From a virus (Duplodnaviria > Caudoviricetes): 56,522 nt of DNA. Positions 27,491 to 38,500 of this stretch are shown in pieces. The notes under the pieces are model-generated. The model saw nothing but the letters and a program-made list of their open reading frames with translations, was not told where the DNA came from and made no database searches. The DNA lies in the IMG/VR virus record IMGVR_UViG_3300019360_000285, positions 1 through 56,522 of that record. One strand, written 5' to 3'. Numbering within the stretch: the stretch's first letter is position 1; the number at the start of each line of letters is the position of its first letter. Made by a program: the position numbers and the translations under genes.

Positions 27491-28985
27491 GTCGCCGCCG
27501 GCCACTGTGCTCGATCGCGCCATCGGCTGGTTCGCGCCGCGTTGGGGCGCCGAACGTGCCTACTGGCGCGCCGCCATGACCGCGACCCGCGCGTACGACG
27601 CGGCGAAGGTTGGACGCCGCACGGCGGGATGGGACCGGTCCAGCGGTTCGGCCAATGCCGAGCTCTGGATGGCCGCCCAGAACATCCGCAACAGCACGCG
27701 GGCCCTGGTGCGCAACAACCCATGGGCGTCGATCGCGGTCAGCAAGATGGCCGCGAAGACCGTCGGCACCGGCATCAACCCGCGCCCGTCGACTGAGGAC
27801 AAAGCGCGGCGCCGGCTCTACAGCGACCAGTGGCTACGCTTCGTCGACAACAGCGATCCCGAGGGCCAGCTCGACTTCAACGGCCAGGTGCTTCTTGGTG
27901 CACGCACCGTCTTCGAAGCCGGCGAGTGTCTTGTCCGTTTCCTGCCGCGTCCGGCCAGCTGGAAGCTCGACGTCCCGCTGCAGGTCCAGGTGCTCGAGCC
28001 TGACTGGCTCGATGCGTCGATCACCCGTCGCCTCGATGACGGTGGCGCCGATATTCAGGGCGTGCGCTACGACCGCAACGGCCGACGGATAGGCTATTGG
28101 CTGTTCGACGAACACCCCGGCGAGGTGGTGCCGATCAACGTGCGCGGCAGCTACCAGTCGCGGCTGGTGCCGGCATCGGACATCCTGCACGTCTTCCAGC
28201 CGCTACGGCCCGGCCAGGCGCGCGGCGTGTCGATGTTCACGCCGTCGGCGATGCGGTTGCACGACATCGACGACTACGCCGATGCGGTCCGTGTCGCGAA
28301 GAAGATCGCTTCCTGCTTCGCGGCTTTCGTCAAGCGTCCAGCCGGCGCTGCCTCGCCGCTAAGCAAGCCCAGCAACGACGAACAGGGTCGCCGCATCGAG
28401 CGGTTGTCGCCTGGCCTGGTGCAGTACCTCAATCCCGGCGAGGAGGTGTCCTTCGGCAATCCGCCCACGGCCGGCGGTGAAGTCGAGTACATGAACATGG
28501 AGCTGCACGCCGTCGCGGCGGGGCTCGGCATGACGTACGAGATGATGACCGGCGACTTGTCGCAGGGGAACTACAGCTCGATCCGCGTCGGCACGATCGA
28601 CTTCTGGGACCTGCTCGACATCTGGCAGTGGCTCGTGTTCATCCCGCAGCTGCACCGCCGCGTCTGGCAGCGCGTCGATCGCCTGCTGGTGGCGCTGGGG
28701 GAACGCCGCCAGGTCGGCATGCCGGTGACCTGGGCCACGCCCAAGCGCCGCCTAGTCGATCCCGGCAAGGAGATCGCGGCGGAACGCGATGCGATTCGCA
28801 GCGGCCTCAAGACCCTGATGCAGAGCATTGCCGAAGCCGGCGAGGATCCCGACGAGCAGCTCGATGAGATCGCCTCGCTCAACACCCGCCTGGATGCACT
28901 GAACATCGTTCTCGACAGTGATCCGCGGAAGACGCGCCCGGCCACCACGGCGGCACCGCAACCCGAATCCACAACGAAGGAGTAA
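27483..28985 (+). CDS. Portal protein, lambda family
   Basis: RAYDAA, LVRNN, RPGQARGV, YEMMTGDLSQGNYSSIR and VDPGKE. Confidence 0.95.
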   Translation: MTESPPATVLDRAIGWFAPRWGAERAYWRAAMTATRAYDAAKVGRRTAGWDRSSGSANAELWMAAQNIRNSTRALVRNNPWASIAVSKMAAKTVGTGINPRPSTEDKARRRLYSDQWLRFVDNSDPEGQLDFNGQVLLGARTVFEAGECLVRFLPRPASWKLDVPLQVQVLEPDWLDASITRRLDDGGADIQGVRYDRNGRRIGYWLFDEHPGEVVPINVRGSYQSRLVPASDILHVFQPLRPGQARGVSMFTPSAMRLHDIDDYADAVRVAKKIASCFAAFVKRPAGAASPLSKPSNDEQGRRIERLSPGLVQYLNPGEEVSFGNPPTAGGEVEYMNMELHAVAAGLGMTYEMMTGDLSQGNYSSIRVGTIDFWDLLDIWQWLVFIPQLHRRVWQRVDRLLVALGERRQVGMPVTWATPKRRLVDPGKEIAAERDAIRSGLKTLMQSIAEAGEDPDEQLDEIASLNTRLDALNIVLDSDPRKTRPATTAAPQPESTTKE

Positions 28986-28989
28986 GCCC

Positions 28990-30996
28990 ATGGCGGCCGA
29001 TATCACCCGCGACCTGCCGATGCAGTCGCGGCGGGCAAGCTTTGTGCCTGGCACATTCGATGCGAAGAACCGCACCATCGACGTCGTGTGGTCGACCGGA
29101 GCGCGCGTGCCGCGGCGGAGCTTCTGGGACGGCAAGGTCTACGACGAGGAGCTGTCCCTTGATCCGGCGCATGTGCGCCTCGAGCGCCTGAACAACGGTG
29201 CGCCGGTCCTGGACACCCACGGCACCTGGCAGTTGGGCGACATCATCGGCGTCGTGGAGAAGGCGTCGGTGGCCGGCGCCGAGGCGCGCGCCACGCTGCG
29301 GCTCAGCGAGCGCGAGGACGTCGCGCCGCTGGTCGCCGACATCCAAGCCGGCATCATCCGCAATGTCTCGTGTGGTTACATCGTCTATCGCTACGAGATC
29401 ACCAAGGTCGAGGGCCAGCGCGAGCTGTGGCGGGCCACCGACTGGGAACCGACCGAAATCAGCTTCGTGCCGGTACCGGCCGACGCGGGGGCAGGGACCC
29501 GCGCCAGCAGTCAGACGTTTCCCTGCGTCCTCGTCGGCCCGGGCGCCGACACCCTCAACCCGGAGAAAAGAATGAGCGATACACCGTCGCCGGGTGCGCC
29601 CGGCCAGGTCGTCATGCCGGCGACGCCGCCGGCCCCGCAGCCGGTCGAGCAGAACCGGCAACCGGAGCAACAGCAGCCGTCTCCCACGCCGGTGGTCTCA
29701 CTGGCGCCAGCCGACGTCGACTCCGCCGTGCAGCGTGCAATCTCGGCCGAGCGTGAGCGTGCCGCGACCATCCGGCAGCGGGCGCGCGCCGTCGGATTGG
29801 ACGACGACTTCGCCGAGCAGCTCGTGCGCAGCGGCGTGGCGGTCGACCATGTCGGCAACCAGATTGTGGACGAGCTCGCCCGCCGGGGTACGGGCATGAC
29901 GCGGCCCATGGTGCGGCTCGTCGAGGATCACACTGACCCCGACAAGATCCGCACGCGCATGGCCGATGCGATCGTGGCGCGCCATACGCTGGTCATGCCG
30001 CCCGAGCACGCGCGCGAGTTCGTGAACTTCCGCGTCGCCGATTTTCTGATCACCCTGGCCAACGCGCGCGGAGCCAAGCTCGATCCCCGCGATCACATCG
30101 CAGCCGTGGATTACATGTTCACCCGCGCGGGTCAGCTGACGACGTCGGACTTTCCGCTGCTGCTGCAGGATGCCGGCAACAAGATCATGCTGCCGAAGTA
30201 CCAGGCCGCACCTGTTACTTATCGCATCATCGCGGCGCAGCGGCCGTTCAACGACTTCAAGGCGCACAAGTTCCTGCGCCTGGGCGACTTCCCTGCCCTG
30301 ACGGAGATCAAGCAGGCGGGCGAGCTGTCTTTCGGCGCCGTCAGCGAAAACCGCGAACAGGTGACGGCCAAGCAGTACGGCTCGGGCATCGCGATCGACC
30401 GCATCGCCTTGATCAACGACGATCTCGGCGCGTTCGGCGATTTCGTCATGATGATCGGCATCCGCGTCGCCCATGACGAGAACAAGCTGGTGTGGGCCGT
30501 GCTGGCCAACGACGGTCCGACCATGAGCGACGGTGTCACACTGTTCCACGCCAACCACGGGAACAAGGCCGGAGCCGGAACCGACATCGACGTTTCCGCC
30601 GTCGGTGCCGGCGTCGCCGCCATGCGCGAGCAGAAGAGCCTGGACGGCATGCAGATGAACATCGCGCCGCGCTACATCTGCACCGGCTCGACCAAGGAGC
30701 TGAAGATGCGCCAGCTGCTGACGCAGGTTCAGCCGACCAAGGCCACCGATGTGAACCCCTATCCGGGCACGCTCGAGCCGGTGGTCGACACCAACATCAG
30801 CGGCAACCGATGGCACCTGGTCGCCGACCCCGCGCTGCTGCCCACCGTCGTCTACGGCTGGGTGAACGGCATGGTAGGCCCGCAGATCCGCTCGGAAATC
30901 GACTTCAGCACGCGGGCCTTGAAGGTTGCGGTCGGCGACGACTTCGCCGCGGGCGCCGTCGACTACCGCGGCGGCTACCTCAACACCGGCGCGTAA
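28990..30996 (+). CDS. Prohead protease / major capsid fusion protein
   Basis: Protease motifs LDTH, NVSCGY, EISFVPVPAD; capsid motifs TSDFPLLL, INDDLGAF and DYRG. Confidence 0.92.
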   Translation: MAADITRDLPMQSRRASFVPGTFDAKNRTIDVVWSTGARVPRRSFWDGKVYDEELSLDPAHVRLERLNNGAPVLDTHGTWQLGDIIGVVEKASVAGAEARATLRLSEREDVAPLVADIQAGIIRNVSCGYIVYRYEITKVEGQRELWRATDWEPTEISFVPVPADAGAGTRASSQTFPCVLVGPGADTLNPEKRMSDTPSPGAPGQVVMPATPPAPQPVEQNRQPEQQQPSPTPVVSLAPADVDSAVQRAISAERERAATIRQRARAVGLDDDFAEQLVRSGVAVDHVGNQIVDELARRGTGMTRPMVRLVEDHTDPDKIRTRMADAIVARHTLVMPPEHAREFVNFRVADFLITLANARGAKLDPRDHIAAVDYMFTRAGQLTTSDFPLLLQDAGNKIMLPKYQAAPVTYRIIAAQRPFNDFKAHKFLRLGDFPALTEIKQAGELSFGAVSENREQVTAKQYGSGIAIDRIALINDDLGAFGDFVMMIGIRVAHDENKLVWAVLANDGPTMSDGVTLFHANHGNKAGAGTDIDVSAVGAGVAAMREQKSLDGMQMNIAPRYICTGSTKELKMRQLLTQVQPTKATDVNPYPGTLEPVVDTNISGNRWHLVADPALLPTVVYGWVNGMVGPQIRSEIDFSTRALKVAVGDDFAAGAVDYRGGYLNTGA

Positions 30997-31105
30997 AGCG
31001 GCGGTCCGTTCCGGTCCGGCGCCGTCACCGCGGCGCCCGCAGACTCGCCGCCTAGCGCCGGCGAGTTGATGACCATAGCCGCATTCAGTTTCGTGGAGAC
31101 GATCG

Positions 31106-31447
31106 ATGAAGAACTACGTTTCGCCCGGTGACATGGTCACCCTGGTGGCGCCAGCCAACGTGTCATCCGGGAAGGGCTTTCTCGTCGGCGCCCTGTTCGC
31201 CGTGGCCGCGACCGACGCACTGGCCGGAGAAGAGGTGGTAGGCTCGACCACGGGCATCTTCAACCTGGACAAGGTGTCGGCGCAGGCCTGGACCCAGGGC
31301 GCCAAGATCTACTGGGACAACACCGCCAAGCTCTGCACGACCACGGCGACCGGAAACACGCCGATCGGCCATGCTGTCGCTGGCGCGGTCAATCCCTCAT
31401 CGACCGGGCGCGTGCGGCTCGCGACGCTGATCGATATCGGCACATAA
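31106..31447 (+). CDS. DUF2190 capsid cement/decoration protein
   Basis: MKNYVSPG...GALFAVA...G.KIYWD...GNTPIG.A. Confidence 0.9.
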   Translation: MKNYVSPGDMVTLVAPANVSSGKGFLVGALFAVAATDALAGEEVVGSTTGIFNLDKVSAQAWTQGAKIYWDNTAKLCTTTATGNTPIGHAVAGAVNPSSTGRVRLATLIDIGT

Positions 31448-31453
31448 ACTGCC

Positions 31454-31759
31454 GTGTCCGTGGACCTCTCCATCGTCGATGACGCCTGCGCCGAGGCCTT
31501 CGGCGAGGACGTCACGATCCCCGCGCTGTCCGCGACGCCGATCACCGTGATCGTGCGCCGCGGCACGCGGCGGGACCTGTTCGGCGCCGGCGCGCGCGAG
31601 TACGCCGCGCCGGCCTGGGTGGTCGAGGTCCGCAAGTCGGTGTGGCCCGGGGCAGCCCGCGATGCCGATGTCGTCCTGGTCGACGGCAGCTTCAAGGTCG
31701 ACGACGTTGGCCAGGACGACGCCGGCATGACCTGGCTCCTCGATCTGCGGAAGACCTGA
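31454..31759 (+). CDS. Head-tail joining protein
   Basis: Position and size; AFGEDVT. Confidence 0.6.
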   Translation: MSVDLSIVDDACAEAFGEDVTIPALSATPITVIVRRGTRRDLFGAGAREYAAPAWVVEVRKSVWPGAARDADVVLVDGSFKVDDVGQDDAGMTWLLDLRKT

Positions 31760-32208
31760 TGGCCGATCTCGCCGTCCGCGAGCGGATCCTCGCGGCGCTG
31801 TTCGCACGCCTGCAGGCCCGCTTGCAGCCCGCCGGCGACGGCCAGGCCGCCGTTTCGTGCCGCCGCAACCCTGGTGCGCCGCAGGACCAGCGCGCCGCCG
31901 TCGACCAGTACGACGGCGGCCATGACGTGACCTACGCCAGCGACACGGGTCACAGCCTCTTCGGCCTGCAGGTCGACCTGATGCTGTTCTCGCCCGACGG
32001 CCCGGAACTGAACGAGCTCTATGCCCGAGTGAGGGACGCGATCGACCTCGACAGCACGTTGGGCGAGCTCGCCGACGACACAAGGGAGCTGCGCCTGGCC
32101 GAGCCGGTGCCGGGCAACGTGCCCGGCCATGCCGACATCGTCGCCGCCCCGCTCACCATCCTGATCGAATTCCGCACGCGCGACGGCAACGTGCGCGCCT
32201 TGAACTGA
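31759..32208 (+). CDS. Tail terminator-like protein
   Basis: VRERILAALFARL...DSTLGELA; position. Confidence 0.6.
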   Translation: MADLAVRERILAALFARLQARLQPAGDGQAAVSCRRNPGAPQDQRAAVDQYDGGHDVTYASDTGHSLFGLQVDLMLFSPDGPELNELYARVRDAIDLDSTLGELADDTRELRLAEPVPGNVPGHADIVAAPLTILIEFRTRDGNVRALN

Positions 32209-32221
32209 GGAGATCGCGACC

Positions 32222-32416
32222 ATGCGAGTCGAAGTCCTGACGCCGTGGCAGCACGACGGCGTTGAACACCCGGTCGGCAGCTTCGTCGAGGTCGACGAGG
32301 ACCTGGTGCGCGCCCTGAAAGGCACGCTCGGCCAGGAGCACGTCACGGCACCTGAACCCGAAACGCCGGAGCCCGTAACGGGCGAGGCGAACGGCGTTCG
32401 CGAGGAGGAGGTTTAA
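32222..32416 (+). CDS. Small virion-region hypothetical protein
   Basis: GAGGAG RBS; MRVEVLTPWQHDGVEHPVG. Confidence 0.6.
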   Translation: MRVEVLTPWQHDGVEHPVGSFVEVDEDLVRALKGTLGQEHVTAPEPETPEPVTGEANGVREEEV

Positions 32417-32419
32417 GCC

Positions 32420-33808
32420 ATGGCCAAACGCACCCGCTTCGCGGCCATCCTGTGCAAGCAGGAGGTGACAGCAGGCGTCTTCGTGCCGCCCAGCACCACG
32501 ACCGACGGCATCCTGGTCGAGCGCCCGACCTTGCGCATCAACAACCAGGTGGTCGATACCGCCGAGGTGTCGGGTTCGCTCGACTCGCTCGCGCCGATCG
32601 TGGGCGGCGCGCAGTGCGAGATCTCGTTCCCGTTCTACGTCAAGGGCGCCGGCACGCCGGGCGTGGCGCCGGAATGGGGCAAGGTCGCGAAGGCCTGCGG
32701 CCTGGCCGAGGTCGTGACCCTGCAGACCATCTCGGGTACCACGATCGCGCTCGCCAATCCGACGCGCATCACCGACTCGGGAAATGGCCTCGCCGCGCTC
32801 ACGGTCGGCACGCCGTTCCATCTCGTCTCGCCCACGGGCCAGAAGGGCGAATGCATCGTGACGGTGTCGGCGGCGGGCCAGGTCGATTTCGCACGCCTCG
32901 ACGCCGGCCCTGCCTTCGTGGCGGAAGCCGCCGGCGCCACGTACGTGATCCGCTACGGCGTTCCCGCCGTGGCTGCGACGGCGGGCAGCACGACCGGCTT
33001 CACGGCGCAGGCGCCGTGGGGCAACACCGCGCAGCAGTATCGCGGCCTGCCGGTGCTGGCGTCGGGCAACCCGGTCGCGCCCGAGTACGTCGTCGTCAGC
33101 GACTACAGCGCAACGCGCCTCGCCGCGATCACCAAGCTGATGGGTGGCGCGCTCGACGTCACGACCAAGGTGGGCATTCCCGCCAACGTGCGCTATCAGC
33201 CAACCTCGATCGACGCGCCGGCCCATTCGTTCGAGATGTATCGCGACGGCCTGCGCTGGCGCTTCCGCGGCGGCATCGGCGATGTCTCGGTCGAGATGAT
33301 GGCGGCCCAGGTGTGGCGCTTCAACGTGCGCATTACCGCGCTGTTCGAATCGCGCACGGACGCGGCGGTACCGCAGCCGACCTACGACGGCACGCGTGCC
33401 GGCACGTGGCGCAACAGCCGTTTTGCCATCGATCGCCAGACGTGCAGCGTGAGCCGGGTCACGATCGCACCCAACATGCAGATGGCCTATCCCGACAATC
33501 CCAACGACCCAGAGGGTTTCGATCCGCCGCAGCACACCGACCGCAACGTACGCTTCAGCGCCAACCCGTACGCGACCTCGGTCGCGACGCGCGACCTGAT
33601 GTCGAAGCTGCGCCTGGGCCAGGACATCATGGTCGACGCACAGCTGCTCGGCGGCAACGCCCGCAATCCCGGCCAGCGCATTGCGATCACCTTGCCGGCC
33701 GTCACGCTGACCAACAACGACGACGGCGACAACAGCGGCTTTGTGTCCGAGGAGCTGCAGGGCAAGCCCTCGGAGCGCGACGCCGGTTTTTTCCTCTGCA
33801 TCTGGTGA
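32420..33808 (+). CDS. Major tail tube protein
   Basis: AILCKQEVTAG, G.GTPGVAPEWG...ACG; precedes the tail chaperones and tape measure. Confidence 0.75.
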   Translation: MAKRTRFAAILCKQEVTAGVFVPPSTTTDGILVERPTLRINNQVVDTAEVSGSLDSLAPIVGGAQCEISFPFYVKGAGTPGVAPEWGKVAKACGLAEVVTLQTISGTTIALANPTRITDSGNGLAALTVGTPFHLVSPTGQKGECIVTVSAAGQVDFARLDAGPAFVAEAAGATYVIRYGVPAVAATAGSTTGFTAQAPWGNTAQQYRGLPVLASGNPVAPEYVVVSDYSATRLAAITKLMGGALDVTTKVGIPANVRYQPTSIDAPAHSFEMYRDGLRWRFRGGIGDVSVEMMAAQVWRFNVRITALFESRTDAAVPQPTYDGTRAGTWRNSRFAIDRQTCSVSRVTIAPNMQMAYPDNPNDPEGFDPPQHTDRNVRFSANPYATSVATRDLMSKLRLGQDIMVDAQLLGGNARNPGQRIAITLPAVTLTNNDDGDNSGFVSEELQGKPSERDAGFFLCIW

Positions 33809-33811
33809 TCC

Positions 33812-34594
33812 ATGTCTGCGCCTCTGTCGCCCAAGCTCGAGCTCGACTTCACGCCGCCTGGCGCGGAGGGCGATCCGCCGCCGAAGTACTTCTATCGGCC
33901 GCCGACCGGCCTGCAGCGTGAGAAGTGGCGTGCACGCGTAGCCTCGATCGCCGGCGTGCAGCCGGGCCCGGCGCAGCTGCGGGCGATTGCCCAGGCCGGC
34001 ATCGCCGCCCTGTGCGACGACCCCGACGATCGCGACGCATTGCTGGCGCTGTGGGATGCAGCGATCGACAGCGAGCGCACCGCGTACGATATCGCGGCCC
34101 GCGTCATGCCGGTGGCGGCCCGGCGTGCCGACGCGGTGGATGGCAGTGCCGAAGCGGAGGCGCTGGAGGGAGAGCTCGCCACCTTGCAAGCGGAAGCCGC
34201 GGCGGCAGCGCTGACGCCACGCCAGGCCGAGCAGCTCGAGCGGCTTGACGACATGCTGCGCCAGCATCACCCGCCGTATGCGCGTGCGCTGGAGCGCCGC
34301 CAGCTGTGGGCATCGCTCAGCCCGCGCGTGGCCTGCGCCATGTTCCTGACGCGCTGGCAGCACGTGCCAGGCGTTCCGTTCAAGCGCATCGCCGGCGAGG
34401 TGCCGGACGAGCTGCTCGACCGGCTGCCGCCCGGACACATGCTGATCGTCGGCGGACAGATCCTGACGTCGTTGTTCGCGTCGAAGGACGACGCAAAAAA
34501 GCCCGCCTCGCCGTCTGGATCGGCCGCCGCCGCGACGAGTTCTTCGACGACGTCGGAGAACCCCTCGAGCGGCCAGACGGCGACGGCTGGTTGA
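33812..34594 (+). CDS. Tail assembly chaperone (G)
   Basis: Position; slippery site near the 3' end. Confidence 0.7.
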   Translation: MSAPLSPKLELDFTPPGAEGDPPPKYFYRPPTGLQREKWRARVASIAGVQPGPAQLRAIAQAGIAALCDDPDDRDALLALWDAAIDSERTAYDIAARVMPVAARRADAVDGSAEAEALEGELATLQAEAAAAALTPRQAEQLERLDDMLRQHHPPYARALERRQLWASLSPRVACAMFLTRWQHVPGVPFKRIAGEVPDELLDRLPPGHMLIVGGQILTSLFASKDDAKKPASPSGSAAAATSSSTTSENPSSGQTATAG

Positions 34595-34872
34595 TCGGCC
34601 CTGACGAGGATCCCGACCTCTACCCGACCAATCCGGCACAGGATCTCGATCCGGTATGGCGCCGGATCTTCGCGCTCTACACGCAGGCGCGCCCGCTGCC
34701 CGGCGTCCTGCCGCTGCCGGTCGCACCCGGCATACCGCCGTTGATGGTGCCTCTGCCGTCGGCCCCTGGCCCTTTGCCCGACGCGGGCGGCCTCCTCGAC
34801 CAGGGCGCCTGGCTGATGGACGTGTTCGACATCATGAGCGGCGCCGATGCCCAGCTGATGAAGGCTCGATGA
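34495..34872 (+). CDS. Tail assembly chaperone GT extension via -1 frameshift at A AAA AAG (34495-34501)
   Basis: The -1 frame is open (KKARLAVW...LPDAGGLLDQGAWLMD) and ends overlapping the next ATG. Confidence 0.8.
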   Translation, partial: KKARLAVWIGRRRDEFFDDVGEPLERPDGDGWLIGPDEDPDLYPTNPAQDLDPVWRRIFALYTQARPLPGVLPLPVAPGIPPLMVPLPSAPGPLPDAGGLLDQGAWLMDVFDIMSGADAQLMKAR

Positions 34873-35564
34873 AATTCACCTTCGACTTTCCGGCCGGCGC
34901 GCTCGCGAAGGCGATGGCGGAGTCCAAGAGCGCGGCGGCGAAGCGCGTGACGGCCGCGACGCGGCGATCGGCGGAGGACCTGCAGCGCGCCTTGCGCGAC
35001 CAGGTCCGCGTCGCGGGCCTCGGTCAGGGTTTGGAGAAGGCGTGGCGCGTCGAGCATTGGCCCAAGGGCGAGAAGGCCTCGCTGCACCCGGCGAGCCTCG
35101 TGTACTCGAAGGCGACGGCGCTGCACCGCGCGTTCGGCCAGGGCGCCACGATCACGGCCCGCGGCGGCCCGTGGCTGGTGATCCCGTTGCCTGAGGCGAT
35201 CGCGCGCGGCTGGGACCGCGCCCTGGTCGATCGCAAGGGCGGCGCGCTGACCGGCGCTGCCGTGCCGCGGCGCTTCGCGCAGACGCAGCTCGCGGCGCGT
35301 GCCTTGGGCCAGCTGCGATTCGTCGAGATCAACAGCGGCAAGGCGCTGCTGGTGGCCGATCCGCCCAAGGCGGGGCGTGGCCGCGCGCAGCACGCCAAGG
35401 GCACGGGCCGCAAGGACATCGCGGTACCCGCCGGCGAGAAGGGTGTCCCGCTGTTCGTGCTGGTGCGCCAGACGCGCCTCACCAAGCGCCTGGATTTCGA
35501 CAGCGCCGCCAAGGCGGCAGGCAGCCAGTTCAACGCGCTGCTGCGCGCAGCGGTCAACACGTAG
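34869..35564 (+). CDS. DUF6441-like tail-region protein
   Basis: LRDQVRVAGLG, YSKA, WLVIP and LFVLVRQTRL.KRLD. Confidence 0.7.
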   Translation: MKFTFDFPAGALAKAMAESKSAAAKRVTAATRRSAEDLQRALRDQVRVAGLGQGLEKAWRVEHWPKGEKASLHPASLVYSKATALHRAFGQGATITARGGPWLVIPLPEAIARGWDRALVDRKGGALTGAAVPRRFAQTQLAARALGQLRFVEINSGKALLVADPPKAGRGRAQHAKGTGRKDIAVPAGEKGVPLFVLVRQTRLTKRLDFDSAAKAAGSQFNALLRAAVNT

Positions 35565-35571
35565 GCGTTCC

Positions 35572-38500
35572 ATGGGTGGCTCCACGATATCGGCGCGCTT
35601 CGGTGTCGAAGGCGACGAAGCGATCGAGCGCGCCCTGCGCAAGGTGGAGCGCGCCGGCCAGGACCTTGCCGCGACCCTGAAGCGCGCCGGCGAACAGGGC
35701 AGTATCGACCTCGACAAGGTCGGCGAGGCGCTGGCGCGTCTCGACCAGCAGGCCTCTCAAACGACGCAGCGGGGCCGGGAGCTCGGCGACGCGCTGTCCG
35801 ATGCGGGTAAAAAGGCGGGCGATGGGTTCTCGGATGCCGAGAAGAAGGGAGAGCAGTTCGGCCTGACACTGGGTCGCGGCATCGCCGGCGCGGCGACGGC
35901 GGCTGTGACAGCGATCGCAGCGCTGGGGCTCGATGTCTACAAGACGTTCGGCGCCATGAAGGACCTGTCGGAACAGACAGGCCTCACCATCGCGCAGATC
36001 CAAGCGTTGCGGCAAGTCGTGAAGGGGCAAGGCGAGGATGTCGAGGTCCTCAGCCGCGCCATGGTCACCGCCAGCCGCAATGTTGGCCTGGCGGCGGAGG
36101 GCAGCGAGAAGCTGAAGACGGTCCTTGACCGCCTGGGTGTTGGCGTCCTCGAGTCGAATGGCCAGATGCGGTTGTTCGATACGATCTTGCGCGAGGTCCT
36201 GCAGTCACTGGCCAAGCTTGATGACCAGGCAACCCGTAACGCGATCGGCGCGCAATTCTTCGGGCCTGCGTGGATCAAGCTCAGCGACGCGTTCAAGAAC
36301 GGGGGCAAGGATATCGATGAGGCCAGCGCGGCGCTGGAACGCAACGATGCACTGATCAGCGAGGCCGCGCGCGAGAAGATCGAGAAACTCACGAAGGCGG
36401 TGAGCAGTTCCAGCGAGGCCTGGAAGGGCCTGGCCCTGAATCTCGTGGCAGAAGTCTCGCCGGCGCTCATTCAGATCGTGAAGGACTCCGAGGCGGCGGC
36501 CGGTAGCTTCAGCAAGTTCCTGGAGATCGCCGCCAAATGGTCTGTTGCCGGCTTGTTGCGCTCCGGCGCCGCGCCGTTCCTTCCGTCGGACCAGTATGGC
36601 CCGTCACGGCCAACGGGTTCGAGCGCTCCGCCTGGCATGCGCATCGCGGACCTGGAGGCGGAGCTCGAGGCGTCGCTGCGCTCCCACGGCGGCGAGACTG
36701 TCGATTCGGCCCGCATCCGGGCCGAAATCAAGAAGGTCCGCGATGAAATCCTGACGCGCTCGGCGCAGCAGGCCTCGGATGCCGTCTCTGACTACTTTAA
36801 CCGCAGCGGCGCGGCCGGTGCGTACAATCCCGGAAAGCCGGAGCTGTACGGACCTGACCTGCCGAAGGGTTGGAAGCGCACAGCTTCGGGCGGCGGCCGC
36901 GGCACGGCGGATCAGACTGCAAAGGAGTACGAGCGCGCCCAGCAGGCGCTCGACAAGTACCTCGACTCGCTGGCGCGCGAGGCCGATCTGTCTGACGAAA
37001 GCGCCCGCGAGCGCGCCGGTCATACGGCGCAGCTGAAGGCGGAGGAGCTGGCGCGCGCTTCCGTCCTGAAGATGACCGAGGAGCAGATCCAGGCGATCGG
37101 CGAGGAGGCGCGCGCGCGGGCGACGGCTGCGTACGACGCCAAGCAGGCGCAGGAGGAGCAACGCCGCGCGGCCGAACAGGCGCAGCGCGAGATGGAGCGC
37201 CTGGCCGAGCGCGAGGCGCAGCTGCTGCAGCAACCGGCCGAGGAGGCCGCGCGCAGCACGCAGACCTTGCTCCGCGACTTCTTCAAGGACGCGATGTCGG
37301 GCAACCTGACGTCCTGGAAGGATTTCTGGGGCAAGGCCAAGGACATCGCCCACCAGTACCTGGCCGAGCTCGCGACGCTGCTCGTGATCCGGCCGCTCAT
37401 TCAGCCGCTGTTCTCGGTGGCCGGCATGGGCGGTTTGACGGGCGGCGCTGGCGCCGGCTCTCCCATTTCCGTGGGCGGTGTGCCCTATGTACCAGCCGGC
37501 GGCGGAAGCGGCGGCCTTCTGGGCGGTGGTGGCGGTCTCGGCGGCGGCGGCCTGTTTGGGAATGCCTTCGGTTTTCTCAACCAGCCGATCTTTGGCAGCG
37601 CCTTCGATTCTGCCGGCGCCGCGGCGACGCTAGGCACTGGTGGCATCGCGGCGCCGGCGTTCACGTCAGGCGGACTGACGTGGGGCGGGCTGCTCGGTGG
37701 CGTCGGCACGATCGGCATGGGTGCGCTCGGCCTGGCGCAAGGCAACACGATCGGCGGTGCGGCCGGCATCCTGGGCGGCGGTCTCTCGCTCTTGTCGAGC
37801 GCCGGCTTGATCGGCTCGGCCTTCGGGCCGATCGGCATGGGGATCGGCCTGATCGGCAGCATCCTCGGCAGCGTTCTGAAAAAGAAGCCCAAGACGCCGC
37901 AGGCTGTGTCGAACATCACGTTCGGCACCGACGGCATCACCAACGCGCTGGCGATGACGCGCAGCCCGCGCGGCGGCCAGCTGGGGCAGGGCACCGGCCA
38001 GGCGTCTGGCGCCTTTGCCGATGCGTTCGCCGAGCTGCTCGGCGCCTACGATCTCAGCATGGCCCCGGGCGCGACCGGTGGTTGGCTTCTCAATTCGATC
38101 GGGAAAAACACGGGCAATCAGTGGATCGTCGGCCTGGGGAGCTACGGATCCTACACGCCGCTGCCCGGTGTGGATCCGGCGGGCAAGGCGCGCGACGCCA
38201 TGTCGAGCATCCAGGGCATCGGGTCGGCCGAGGACGCCGTCAATATCCTGGCCGGCCTGATCGCACGCCAGGGCGCGATCGAGGGATCGATCCAGGGCCT
38301 CACCGCGACTCAGCGCACGGCGTTGAGCACGGCGGACCTCAAGAGCATTGACGACATCAAGGCCGCGCTCGACTTCGGCCAGGTCTTTGACGATATGGAG
38401 CGCGGTGCCGACAACATCACCGCCGTCGAGAAGGCGATGCGCGAGCTCGACAAGCAGTACGACGCGATCGCGATCCAGACCAAGAAGTACGGCCTCGACC

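Noticed and set aside
30997-31105. Hairpins after the capsid gene as an ncRNA or terminator
   Set aside because: Short GC stems without a U-tract; not distinguishable from background
37430-37880. Gly-rich low-complexity stretch as a separate repeat element
   Set aside because: In frame within the tape measure; typical hydrophobic Gly-rich segment
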